From Octopus sinensis (Eukaryota), in assembly GCF_006345805.1 (NCBI RefSeq), contig NC_043001.1, forward strand, positions 99,200,001 to 99,264,000: a stretch of DNA of 64,000 nucleotides, written 5' to 3'. The notes under the pieces are model-generated. The model was not told the DNA's origin. It did no database searches and saw nothing but the letters and a program-made list of their open reading frames with translations. Numbering within the stretch: the first letter of the stretch is position 1; each line of letters starts with the position of its first letter. The position numbers and the translations under genes were made by a program. Positions 53,039 through 64,000 of the stretch are shown one piece after another.

Positions 53039-54054
53039 TAAAGGTTGCTTTGTGTTGCTTTTTGCTGTCATTCTGCCTGATATTGCCTCTGCCAATACAA
53101 AAATTCCAATTTTGAAGTATTCCTATTTATATTATAACCTCTACTTGTGACCTTGCAAGAATCTTTTGTTGAGTTATGTTCCAGACACCAGTTTAATAAA
53201 AGTTTCTAACATGGGCACAAGGCCACAGATTTTAAAGGAGAAGTCCTGATGATTATGCTTTGACCCCATCACTTGACTAGTACTTTATTTTATCAGCCAA
53301 AGCCAAAGGTAAAGCTGACTTAACTGTTATTTAATCTCAGAATGTAAAGATCTAGTAAAAATACCACTAGTCATTTTTCTATTGCTCCAGTAATCCTGTA
53401 GCATAGATATTTCATTAACTATTTATCATTAATTATTGATAGTAATTTAAATGGATTGATATCCACAAGCAATATATATTATTAGAAATATGTCCACAAA
53501 ATAGGTTAAAAACAGATTTTATTTGATAGATCTAGAAGCAGTCTTGGATGGACTGGTTTCAAAAGCTTTAGGTTGAATGCAGTTGAGTGGTTTTCAAAAG
53601 CAAAGACATATATCTCAATAGTAGTAGTATCTCAAAAGATCTATAACATCCTTACTAGTCAGCTATAGCTTAGTGTCCTAGTTACAGGATACTTTTGAAT
53701 TACATCTTATCAGAGTTATTTTAGGTTAGTATGATTGGGATGGTTCCTTTTCATAGCTAGTTTTCCTTTAAGAAGTTAACCTAATTCTATTAAGATAGAT
53801 ATAAAGAAGATCTGCCAGTGATGCATTTAAAATATTGTATAGAAGGATCAACTAATGAAAAATTGGTAATTTTCTTTTAACTTATTACCTTAGTTTTAGG
53901 AAAGGAGATAGAACTCAAAGCCTTTTCAGGATTTTCTAAACTGGTGTAGAAAAGGAAGTGCTTATGTTTGGTTTTAGCCATGATGGCTAAGACAAACTAA
54001 AGAGCAAAAGAACTTGTGTAAGGTGAATATGGTTGATATTTGATATTAACTCTT

Positions 54055-54350
54055 AAAGATTAATGGCCAAAATTTTAATTAATAGCTAAGATAAGTATTA
54101 ATGGCCAGGGTAAAGATTAATGGCCATGATAAAATTTAATAACCAAGATAAAGATTAATAGCTCAAGGAAAAGATTAATGGCCAAGGGAAAGATTAATAG
54201 CCAAAGTGAAAGAGTAATAGCCAATGGAAAATATTAATGGCTGAGAGAAAAGATTAATGGCCAGGGGTAAAGATTAATGGTCAACAAAAAAGATTAATGA
54301 CCAAGAGAAAAGATTAATGTTAAACAATAAAGATTAATAGCCACTGAGAA
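54055..54350. repeat. Minisatellite, ~15 units of 19-20 bp (AAAGATTAATRGCC + variable 5-6 nt)
   Basis: Units read directly, e.g. aaagattaatggccatgat, aaagattaatagccaaagtg, aaagattaatggccaggggt. Confidence 0.9.
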
Positions 54351-55599
54351 GTATAATCAGAGGAGGAAGTCACACAGGTTTGCATATCTAGGAAAGAGAT
54401 ATGCAAGAGATATGAAAGAAATGGGAAGTATGTTTAACAATACATGACAGAGTGATGTAAAGAAAAGAAAGTGAAGTGCAATAATTGGGCCTAGTTTGGA
54501 GAAGTGTGGATACCACTGAAAAATTCAGAAAAAAAAAAGAGAGAAAAGATCAGCCTAACTGCAAAGAGAGGTCACAGCTTGATAAAAAGTGATAAAATTT
54601 GGCTTCAAATTTTGACAAAAGGCCAGCAATTTTGGGGTAGAGGTACATTGACCCCAGTGCTCAAATGGTATTTATTTTATCACCCACCAAAGGATGAAAG
54701 GCAAAGACCACCTTGGTGGAATTTGAACTCAGAAAGTAAAGACAAACGAAATGCCACTAAGCATTTTGCCTGGCATGCTAATGGTTCTGCCAGCTTGCCA
54801 CCTTAAAAAATTATAAAATATTGACGAGTAATTTGATATGCCCTTATGCATCTTTGTTATTCAAATACATGTCATTAGATAAAGTTGTTTCTCTTAGTAA
54901 ATTTGGGTTCATTTGTGCGTGTGTGTGTGTGGGGGGATGCATGTGTATTTGTGCTTGTCTGTACCTTTGGACAACCAGTACTTCGGCAAAAATAAAACTG
55001 ACCTCAGTACTTGCTTAAAAGTAAGTACTGAGTTCAATTTGATTGACTAACCCCAGCATGGTCACCACCTAGTGATTGAACCAGTAAAAGAGCAGTAATG
55101 TGTTTCCTTAGAAATATGATTGTGAAAAAGGTAAGCTATGCCCATTCAATCAATTTTCTAGAATCATGTATCAACCCGTTCAATATTTCCAATGTTGAGG
55201 TTGGACAGTATCTTGGTTGCTATTTCAAAATAGCTGATTCTCTTTTACTAGTTTGTCAGTGTTTACGTATAAAATTTTAATGCTTATTTTTGCTTGGGTT
55301 TGATTATTAAATACAACTTCCCCATATCGCATATAAAGTGTGTATGTTTTGAAATTGGAAGCTATTTCAAATAAAAGTGATGAAGTGTTTAACTGAATGC
55401 AATCTTTCAACAGTTAATGCCACAACTAAAGCCAGACAAGTTTTGTGTGGGATGCATCAGCACACTTGCTAATGAGATGTGAAGGAATTGGCCTGCTTTT
55501 GAAGCTGCCCTGCATTTCCTTGCTTTCCATTTCCTCAGACATATATATGTCTGAGACTCATTGCAATGCTTTGACCTATTTTGAAGATCTACCAATAAG

Positions 55600-55823
55600 T
55601 CTATGGGATGATGGCGGTCGTAATGGAAGTAGTTACGGCAATAGCAGCAGCAGCAGCTGTGACAGCAGTAGCAGTTGCAGCAGCAGCAGTGGTGCTAGTG
55701 GTCAGAATAATAGTAGTAGCAGTGGCAGCAGCAGTGGTAGCAGCAGCAGTAGTGCTAGTGGTCATGATAATAGTAGTAGTAGGGACTGGCAGCAGTGGCA
55801 GCAGCAGCAGTAGCTAGTAGTAA

Positions 55824-55878
<55 letters not shown>

Positions 55879-56000
55879 GGTGGTGGTGGTAGTGGTGGTG
55901 GTGGTGGTGGTGGTGGTGGTGGTGGTGGTGTGGTGGTGGTAGTAGTAGTAGTTGTAGTAGTAGTGGTGGTGGTGGTGGTGGTGGTGGTGGTAAGACACAC
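55600..56000. repeat. Compound trinucleotide microsatellite (AGC/AGT/GGT)n
   Basis: Seen directly; explains the poly-S/G/V/T/P ORFs. Confidence 0.97.
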
Positions 56001-56254
56001 TTGATACTATTTACATAGAAATGCAATTAAGTTCCTGACAATTCTCTGTAAAATTTATTTATTTATCATACATTCAGCTTTAAACAGCCTGCCTCTCTTT
56101 GCTATTTTCTTCTCCATCCTTTTCTCTTCCTCCTTATTTCTCCCTAACCCTCTCTCTGACTCTGTCTTTTTATATAGAGGTTGTGTGTGTGTGTGTGTGT
56201 TCACATGCAAGCAATCATGTTCCATAAGTAAGATATTATTTAAACTTTAATATA

Positions 56255-56653
56255 GGCCCAGGAGTGGCTGTGTGGTAAGTAGCTTGCTTACCAACCAAAT
56301 TGTTCCAGGTTCAGTCCCACTGCGTGACACCTTGAGCAAGTGTCTTCTACAATAGCCTCGGGCTGATCAAAGCCTTGTGAGTGGATTTGGTAGACAGAAA
56401 TTGAAAGAAGCCTGTCATATATATATATATATATTGTGTGTGTATGTGTTTGTGTGCCTGTGTTTGTCCCTCCACCATCACTTGACTACTGATGTTGGTG
56501 TGTTTATGTCCCCATAACTTAGCGGTTCGACAAAAGAATTGATAGAATAAGTACTAGACTTACAAAGAATAAGTCCTGAGGTCAATTTGCTCAACTAAAG
56601 GTAGTGCTCCAGTATGGCTGCAGTCAAATGACTGAAACAAATAAAAGAAAGAG
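56255..56653 (+). mobile_element. SINE family A, near full length
   Basis: tRNA-like head ggcccaggagtggctgtgtggtaag...ggttcagtcccactgc, core, internal (AT)/(GT)n, tail cagtcaaatgactgaaacaaataaaag. Confidence 0.88.
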
Positions 56654-57275
56654 AAAATAATATTAAATATTTTATAAGGTCTCAAAGAACTTCTGTGTGT
56701 ACATGTGTAAGTATGGCTGTGAATATGTGTGAACAGATATACGTGTGTGTGTATATACATGTACATTTATATATATATCATTATCATCATCATCATCATC
56801 ATTTAGCGTCCGCTTTCCATGCTGGCATGGGTTGGACGGTTCAACTGGGGTCTGGGAAGCCAGAAGGCTGCACCAGGCCCAGTCTAATCTGGCAATGTTT
56901 CTACGGCTGGATGCCCTTCCTAACGCCAACCACTCCATGAATGTAGTGGGTGGTTTTTACATGCCACCGGCACAAGTGCCATTTTTATATTTTTTTATCC
57001 TTCGTCCTGAATTCTCGCCCCTCCATCTTTATCCCTATTTACTCTTATTACCAGGTTCCTTCACGTCTGTCTGTATTTATATATGTATATATTTATTTAT
57101 TCACTTATTTATATTACCTCAAAATCCAAGCTTCCTCATTCTACATTGAGAGAAAGACGGGATGGACGCTTCATTTTTGTGCTGGTGCCGCATTATGTCG
57201 TACACGAATGAGAGGATTTGCATCCCCAACGTAGAATTTTTGATGTAATACATGTCCTTGAGGTAGTAATTGTGC

Positions 57276-57353
57276 GCGGCTGAAGAAGGCCATAGACACA
57301 CATTATGCATTGTTAGAAATCCGTCTAATAAAGGCCCGAAACATATGTACCGC
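57276..57353 (+). ncRNA. Minimal type-I hammerhead ribozyme (HH1)
   Basis: GCGG-CTGAAGA-a-GGCC(a)TAGAC...GTCTA(ataaa)GGCC-c-GAAA-C-ATAT-G-TA-CCGC: stem I 4 bp, complete catalytic core, palindromic stem III loop, GUA cleavage triplet. Confidence 0.85.
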
Positions 57354-57915
57354 TGAATCCTTGGCATCATGTTTTTATTTTGATTAATTTACTCCACCAC
57401 CTACACCACCAAACGGTATATACAGGTGCTTACAATTATCAAGTACTCACCCTGAATTTCTATATATATATATATACATATATATATATGTGCTCTAATT
57501 TTTACTTTGTAAATTATTATAGTTTATCATTTGTAAATTTTTTTCTCCGTTGATTTCGTTTATATATCTTTTTGCATTTTGTCATTCATTTGCTTTTGTT
57601 TACGTCCACTTTTAACTATAGTTTTTATTCGAATATATATTTCTTTGTCATTGTTCTCATTATTATATCATCAATAGTATATATTTTAAGTTTCATTCCT
57701 ACATTTTATTAATTTATACGCATGTTTATAGGCATAAGTCACATTTGAATTTAGTTTTGTAATTTTTTTTTTTTAATCAATTAAATTATGGCTTGCACAG
57801 CAAGGTTCAGCGAATTTATTTGCACATATGCATATTTGTCTGTTAATTACATTTGTAGCTGTTAAAATATTAAAATATAGAAATTGGTATTGAATTATAA
57901 TAAAGTTATTAAGAG

Positions 57916-58007
57916 GCCTGACGATTGGGGTTGCGTTTAAGAAATGTTCCTGTAAAAGACTGTGTGTTTAAGGAACAGTAAAACGAACCTCAAGAAACAT
58001 GTGTAGC
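57916..58007 (+). ncRNA. Hammerhead ribozyme motif (HH2) with long stem II
   Basis: GC-CTGACGA-TTGGGGTT...TGTTCCT/AGGAACA...AACCTCAA-GAAA-C-ATGT-G-TA-GC: core intact, stem I only 2 bp. Confidence 0.65.
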
Positions 58008-58111
58008 AGAGAAATTTAGAAATGATTAGTAAGAATTAAAATAAAATTCTATTATATGGTGTGATGTATATTAGGATTTGATGTTTTGCATGGAGACTTC
58101 TATCTCTAAAT

Positions 58112-58147
<36 letters not shown>

Positions 58148-58267
58148 GTAGGGTTGGTGAAAGGAAGGGCTCCTAGCCAGCAAATTCCTAGCCAGCAAAT
58201 TCTGTCCAACCTATGAAAAAGGGGATGTAAAATGATGATATATATAATCATATATATATATATAATA

Positions 58268-58302
<35 letters not shown>

Positions 58303-58313
58303 ATATATATATA

Positions 58314-59270
58314 TGCCATCTTCAGCTGCACAAATATATAAATAGAATTTTAACCAGTTGGGCACATTAATATAATTTTTCTCAAATATTCTAACAGAGC
58401 AAGAAGATGGAAGAAATTCATGTTGTTGCTATTGTAGCTTAAAATTAATATATAGATAACATGTTTATCTTTCCTGTTATTCCATAAGTATATGCCCTGA
58501 GCAGTCTTTATAGAAATCACCTAAAAAGTACAGGAATGAATATTAAACTGGTTCTATGTAATCTTTCCTTTTTAATGTTTATAATTGATATATACACACA
58601 TTTTGCCTATTTTGGTTATGATATTAGTTTTGAAAATCTAAAATTTTATTTTTTATTCAGCATAACAATATTGTTTATAAACAATCACCCATAGTGCCAC
58701 AAAATAAAATTTCCTCTGTATTAACATTTTAGGTTTCTTAGTGTCTTGCCCCTTTAACTGGTAATTAACATCATGATTTAAAGTCTTCCCCTACCCAGCC
58801 TCTTTTTATAGACAGTTACTTCATATCCAATGAATATCTTCTTCCCTCCCTGAGGGAAAGGGATACATATGACAATATTTATGACTATACCTAGCCATGA
58901 GCAGTCAACCCACTCCTCTCCTTCATTCAAAAAAGATACAGTCTTCTAGTCTTAGATTTAGTAGTTGAGAAAGAAATAAATGAATTAGAAATGAATCACA
59001 ATCCTTTACAACACTATCACCCCAATAAGCATCATGCGATTCTTGGAGGTGTAGTCTATTCTTAGCTCAATAGCAACAACATGAATTTCTTCCATCTTCT
59101 TGCTCTGTTAAAATATTTGAGAAAAATTATATTAATGTGTCCGACTGGTTAAAATTCTATTTATTTATTTGTGCAGCTGAAGATGGCATTGCATTTAAAT
59201 GGAGCTGCTTGAAACAGTTGTACTGCATCACTAGTTGATATCCTGTTGCTTATTTTGATTATATATATAT
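58314..59270 (+). mobile_element. Non-autonomous Penelope-like element with inverted partial terminal repeat
   Basis: 58314-58439 is the reverse complement of 59064-59188; 58605-59270 is homologous to 19328-19994; carries HH3; bounded by (AT)n. Confidence 0.65.
59171..59228 (+). ncRNA. Minimal type-I hammerhead ribozyme (HH3)
   Basis: GTGCAG-CTGAAGA-t-GGCA...TGCT-t-GAAA-C-AGTT-G-TA-CTGCAT: 6-bp stem I, intact core, loop one change from the palindrome AGCT. Confidence 0.75.
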
Positions 59271-59793
59271 AATTAATAATATCAGGGTAATAAAGATTTT
59301 AGAAATTTTTACTACCAGTGGCCTAGCGTATAGAAAAATTAGTCAATAGACTATACATTATTCATATAAAATACAGGGTATATTTAAACACATTAAGAGG
59401 CCTCCATCATAGGAATCCTTTATGCTAGAAAGAACAGCTAAAATCCAAACCACTAATTAGGGATAAATTCTTGAAGGGAATGAAAAATAAAAACATTTAC
59501 CATCTCTTTCCTGGACCATGGTTTCTGACTTATTTTAGTAAATAAAATAATTTACCAGGCGAAGTCTTCATCAACAGGGACACCAAAGATTAAATATATA
59601 AACAACGAGGCCAATCCAGCATGGGTCTCATTGCTTATACATTTCAATTTTTCTCAAATCCACTGCGCAAGCATAGTCTTTTTTGTTGGCAGCAAAAAGA
59701 TGCCAGCAAATTCTTTGAATGAATCTACTAGAATGCTAGGCCACTGGTAGTAAAAATTTCTAAAATCCTTATTACCCTAATGTTATTAATTAT
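59269..59793 (-). mobile_element. 525-bp fold-back element with ~60-bp inverted ends, carrying HH4
   Basis: ataattaataa..tcagggtaataaagattttagaaatttttactaccagtggcctagc (59269-59327) vs the reverse complement of 59735-59793. Confidence 0.8.
59510..59578 (-). ncRNA. Minimal type-I hammerhead ribozyme (HH4, U3 variant)
   Basis: Minus strand CCTG-TTGATGA-a-GACTT...AAGTC-a-GAAA-C-CATG-G-TC-CAGG: palindromic CATG loop, GUC cleavage triplet, C3>U in the core. Confidence 0.75.
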
Positions 59794-59814
59794 GTATAAT
59801 GATTTTTGGTAGAT

Positions 59815-61176
59815 TCTGGTGTAAATAGTCTGAGATAATTTCTTCAGCCAATTAACTGGTCTGCTAGAACGTATCATGTAAGGTGAAGAATACATTAGTG
59901 TAGTTGGTGTTTTGGTGAGTGGAGGTGGTGCTTGTGGGGGTGGGGGTGGCAGTGTTTGTGGAATGATGGGGTGGTGTCATCAAGTGGCATAAATGTTTCG
60001 GAAAAGGCTTTTTTCACTCTGTCGACAGAGACAGTCTCTTTTTTTTCCATGAATGTCCACAGTGAACAGTTTCCGTGTGCTTCTAAGAATGCAATAGCAT
60101 CCAGTGTAAGGAGGTGTGAGCGGTCCCTTGATGGCATCATTTCTTACAAACACACGAGTCCAGGTAGAAATATCTAGAGGCAATGTAGAAGAAACAGACT
60201 GGTCATGAGGAAGCATTGGTGGCAGGTCAGTAAGGAATGACCTGAGTCGCATCACGTAAGATGTGGGGTCTGCATTCAGTAAGTCAACAGGCATGTAGTG
60301 TGTGCATTCAGTAAGTCAACAGGCATGTAGTGTGTGCTGTATCTTGTTACCATTATAAATGGATAGGTTCATTTTCAAGTCAGATCACCACTTTAGTTGG
60401 ATAGCGTCCACATCACGTCAGGGTCACCACTTTAGATGGATAGGTTTTTGTTCCATCTAATGTGATTCTGCTCAGAAGGCTGTTATTTTATTGTGGTAGG
60501 AACCCAGTAAAGAAATACATGGAACAAAGGTGATAACTTTAAATACATTTATTGAGGTCACACATATATATACACAAGCTGAATGAAAGTGGTTGATGGA
60601 CGTTTATTCATATATATACACAAGCTGAATGAAAGTGGTTGATAGACGTTTATTCATATATCTACATGCATCTGTGTGGGTTGTATGTTAGCTGTTAACC
60701 CTGGTGAGGAAAGCTCATGAACAGTGATATGTTAGAACCAGTGTAATGTGTTGGTGCTGTGTAGATGTTGTTGACAACAATGGTGAGAGACATCACGGCA
60801 GCGATGAAGATGGAGATCACTGTAATGTGGACCTTAGAAGGTCTCAGAACCAACAGACATTGAGATTAGTAGGAGGTGAGCTTTTATCACTAATGATAGG
60901 CTCGAATGTTGTTTAGAAAAAGCTGTCTCATGTGATTTATTTGGTGCCTGTGATTGGTTGGGTTGCATATTGGAGTGCGATAAAGTAAGAGGCAAATTGT
61001 GCCAATACTAACCAATTAAAGTAGTAGACACAAGGGGGTCCAAAACAGTGTCCAAATGTTAGCTGTTACCTACTACATTTGTAAGTATGTAATATAAGAG
61101 AGGGTGCTCACTAGAGTTCACTACAAAGTCATCAACAACAGATATGATGTTATCATCACTGTAATACTAGTTCCCA
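59815..61176 (-). mobile_element. Truncated Gypsy element: 5' LTR, tRNA-Trp PBS, integrase C-terminus
   Basis: LTR-like 60430-61176, homologous to 50228-51403. PBS TGGTGACCCTGACGTGAT (60412-60429; 17/18 match to the tRNA-Trp 3' end). RVFVRNDAIKGPLTPPYTG...FTVDIHGKKETVSVDRVKKAF. Confidence 0.85.
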
Positions 61177-61180
61177 ACCA

Positions 61181-62287
61181 AGTAGAGTTTTTATGTTGGG
61201 AAACAGATGATGGTCAGTCGGGATCAAATAGGGAGGGTGATCAACCAGTTTGAAGCCACAGGCAAGCATAGCAACCATTGAAACCAAGGACTTGTATGCT
61301 GGAGCATTGTCCTGAAGAAACAAGATCCTTTTCATCAGTTTTACTGGGTATTTGGTCTTGATAGCCTTTCATGACTGCCTCAGCAAGTTTGCATAGTACT
61401 TTCCTTAAAAGTGTGGCCCTTTTGAAGATAGTCAATAAGTACAATGCCTTTTGCAACCCAAAAAACTGAAACCATCAGATTTCCTGCAGATGAAATGACC
61501 TTGACCTTCTTTGGAGCAGGTGAGGATGGGTGTTTCCACTGCATGAATTGTCTTTGGTTCAAAGCAATCAACCCAACACTCATCTTGGGCTAGAAAACAT
61601 TCAAGAAAACCAGCCGGATCTGCTTCAAACAATGTCAGATTTCCTTGTGATGTGATCAGCCTGTTGCGCTTTTGATCAAGTGTCAGAAAATATGGCACCC
61701 ACCAAGGAGAAACCTTCCTCATGCCAAGTTCATTGTGCATTATATTCTCAACTCTCTCACAGGATATGTTAATAGCATTGGCCATTTTAATTATATCGCC
61801 TGTCATCCATCATCAAGTAGTAAACACGACCAATGTTTTCTTTATGGTGATAGTTATCGGACATCCAGACCTCAGGTCATTTTCAAGATTTTCCCTTCCC
61901 CTGCTGAATTTAGCTACCTACTTTTGCACTGTTGATAAAGCTGAAGTGTCATCCCCTAATGTAGCAACTATGTTGGCATGAATGTCCTTAGGAGCTAAAA
62001 TCTTTCTCTGCAGGTAATTGATAACATCACAATGCCAAATTTTGTCTATTTTCAAGAGAAGCTGCAGCTAGTTACTTTTGAAGTCAAATCTTTTTTTGAA
62101 CAGTCAGATATCAGTTTACCTGGAAAGAAACAAAGCAGTTGTTAATAACAAGAGGTTCGAATGATCACAAGGTGGTTCATATCATCAGAGTCATTGTGTT
62201 GTTTCCAAGCAAAAACCAATAAAAATATTTCACAGCTCTAGCATCACTCCTTCATAGTCAGCCTATGAACTTTTCAGTCCACCCTTG
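61181..62287 (-). mobile_element. Mariner transposase relic
   Basis: TA-caagggtggactgaaaagttc TIR; LGMRKVSPWWVPYFLT (WVPxxL), AQDECWV, SAGNLMVSVFW, DHPPY...DHHLFPNIK. Confidence 0.9.
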
Positions 62288-62592
62288 TAAATCCCACAGA
62301 CATTTTGTATGATGCCTTAACAATTCTAATCATCCAACACCAATGACTGCACTGTTAACACATGCATACATACTCACATGCATGCACATGTGGGTGTGAA
62401 TGTGTTTGAAAATTGATATTTTGAAAAATAACATTCTTTCACCCACTTCCAAGATTATGTTTTCTTTACATTGGAAGCCCTTCCTATAAATTCTTGTCTC
62501 TGCTATTTATGCTTTTTTAATAGATTTTACACTAAATTCTCAGAATGCAAAAAACCCAAATAAATAAACTAAAAAGAGGGCAAAATAATAAC

Positions 62593-62653
<61 letters not shown>

Positions 62654-64000
62654 ATGAAAACTCACAGCTTATTTTGCTGGGTATGATGGAAAGTGTCAGC
62701 TGTCCACAGCCAGCAGACTAAGGTGACACTTGTTTATTGGTCATGCTTCAAGAACCTGTGAAGAATTCTTGCAGTTCCAAGCAATGCTGATTTTTGTATG
62801 TGTTCTACCTTCACCCTTGCACCAATCTTTTTCAGCCATGTTGGTAGTTGAGTGCTGATACTTCCAAGTACACCAACAACTGCTGGTATCATGTCTACTC
62901 TCTTCAATGACCACATCCTTTGCATTTCCCACTTTAAATCATCATAGTTGTTTTATTTTTTCTCCTTCTTCCACATTGATCCTGTGTTCACTGGGGCATG
63001 CTATGTCAATTCCCCAAGGAACTCACTTGTGTCTCATCATTGCCATACAGTTTCAAATCATCCATGAAGAGGAAGTGGTTAATATCAGATTTCAGATTAT
63101 GAACTCAATACACAGCTTTTAGTTTTTCTGTCAAGTTTCTGTATGTCCCTTTTGGTCCAATCTACAATTCCAACTTTATATCTGATTACCAGTACTGCTC
63201 ATGCATTTATTGCTTCAATAATATTTTTGAATTCAACTATGACTGTAATATTTTTCTCACTCTGCTTGTATACTTCCTACTGGTAATTTGCTTCATCTCT
63301 TGATATTTTATTTCATCTGCCTCCAATATTACCAAATATTTATACCACTGTCCTTTCTCAACTTTCATTGTTTGCCCATTTAATATTTCACTTCCCTGGC
63401 TTCCATCAAATCTTCCTTGTTTCATTATCAATATAGTGCACTACCTTCATCATTTGAGAAAATGCAAACAATATGTACAAAACTTTTAAACCACTTCTCA
63501 TTTTTCGTATAAAGCTTTATATCATCTATAAAAAGATGATTTATCTGATCATATCCTTTTTCCAAATCATTAACTATTTTAACTTCTCATAATATTAAAC
63601 TGAGTGGTATCGTGGCTAATACAAATAGTAATTTCACCTTGAAATATACCACATCTGATATTCACTTTTCCAAGTCTCTGTTTCCCTCCAATCAATTCAG
63701 TATTCAAATTTTTCACTTTCATTCATCATTTTCTCCATATTTTCTGTCACTCCAGACATGCTCATTGTTTTACTTATCCAACTCTGTGGTAACATGTTAT
63801 ATGGTTTTCTGTAATCCAACCACGCTACATTCAATCCCATCAGTCTGCATCTACAATTTCTAATTATCATTTTATTAGTGGTCTTTTGTTAAACTATTTT
63901 GCTTCCTGCATCCTTTCTGCTCTACTAGCAGGAGATTGTTACTTTCCAGATGATTATATAACTTTTCATCAAGAAACTGGTCGTAAGCTTCCACATAAAT
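62593..64000 (-). mobile_element. R4/Dong-like LINE (RT C-terminal + REL), runs off window end
   Basis: YKYLVILEADEIKYQEMK; MWSLKRVDMIPAVVGVLG...IQKSALLGTARIL; (TAA)n tail at 62593-62652. Confidence 0.85.

Noticed and set aside
54055-54350. CRISPR-like repeat/spacer array (also 60349-60445)
   Set aside because: Eukaryotic context, variable parts too short or mutually related, and no cas genes.
55445-56026. Ser/Gly/Pro-rich ORFs
   Set aside because: Compound trinucleotide microsatellite with no splice or homology support.

Overview
AT-rich, microsatellite- and transposon-dense animal genomic DNA. The SINE/LINE families and microsatellite load suggest Octopus or another coleoid cephalopod (inference, not verified). 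One host gene is supported: mitochondrial NADPH:adrenodoxin oxidoreductase (FDXR) on the + strand. Ten coding exons (6209-33616) all have AG/GT boundaries and compatible phases and join into 1200 nt = 399 codons + stop. The N-terminal exons were not found and presumably lie upstream of the window. The rest is mostly transposon debris: Gypsy LTR remnants (one with both LTRs and a 5-bp TSD), a hAT element with an 8-bp TSD interrupted by a solo LTR, Tc1/mariner relics, RTE, CR1-like, R4/Dong-like and HERO-like LINE fragments, SINEs, MITEs and a tRNA-Arg pseudogene. The most interesting signal is absent from the ORF track: four different minimal type-I hammerhead ribozyme motifs within 57.3-59.6 kb, two of them in elements with Penelope-like inverted-repeat architecture, plus degenerate hammerheads at 2.9 and 19.9 kb. 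All alignments were done by eye, and TE boundaries not defined by a TSD or TIR are approximate.
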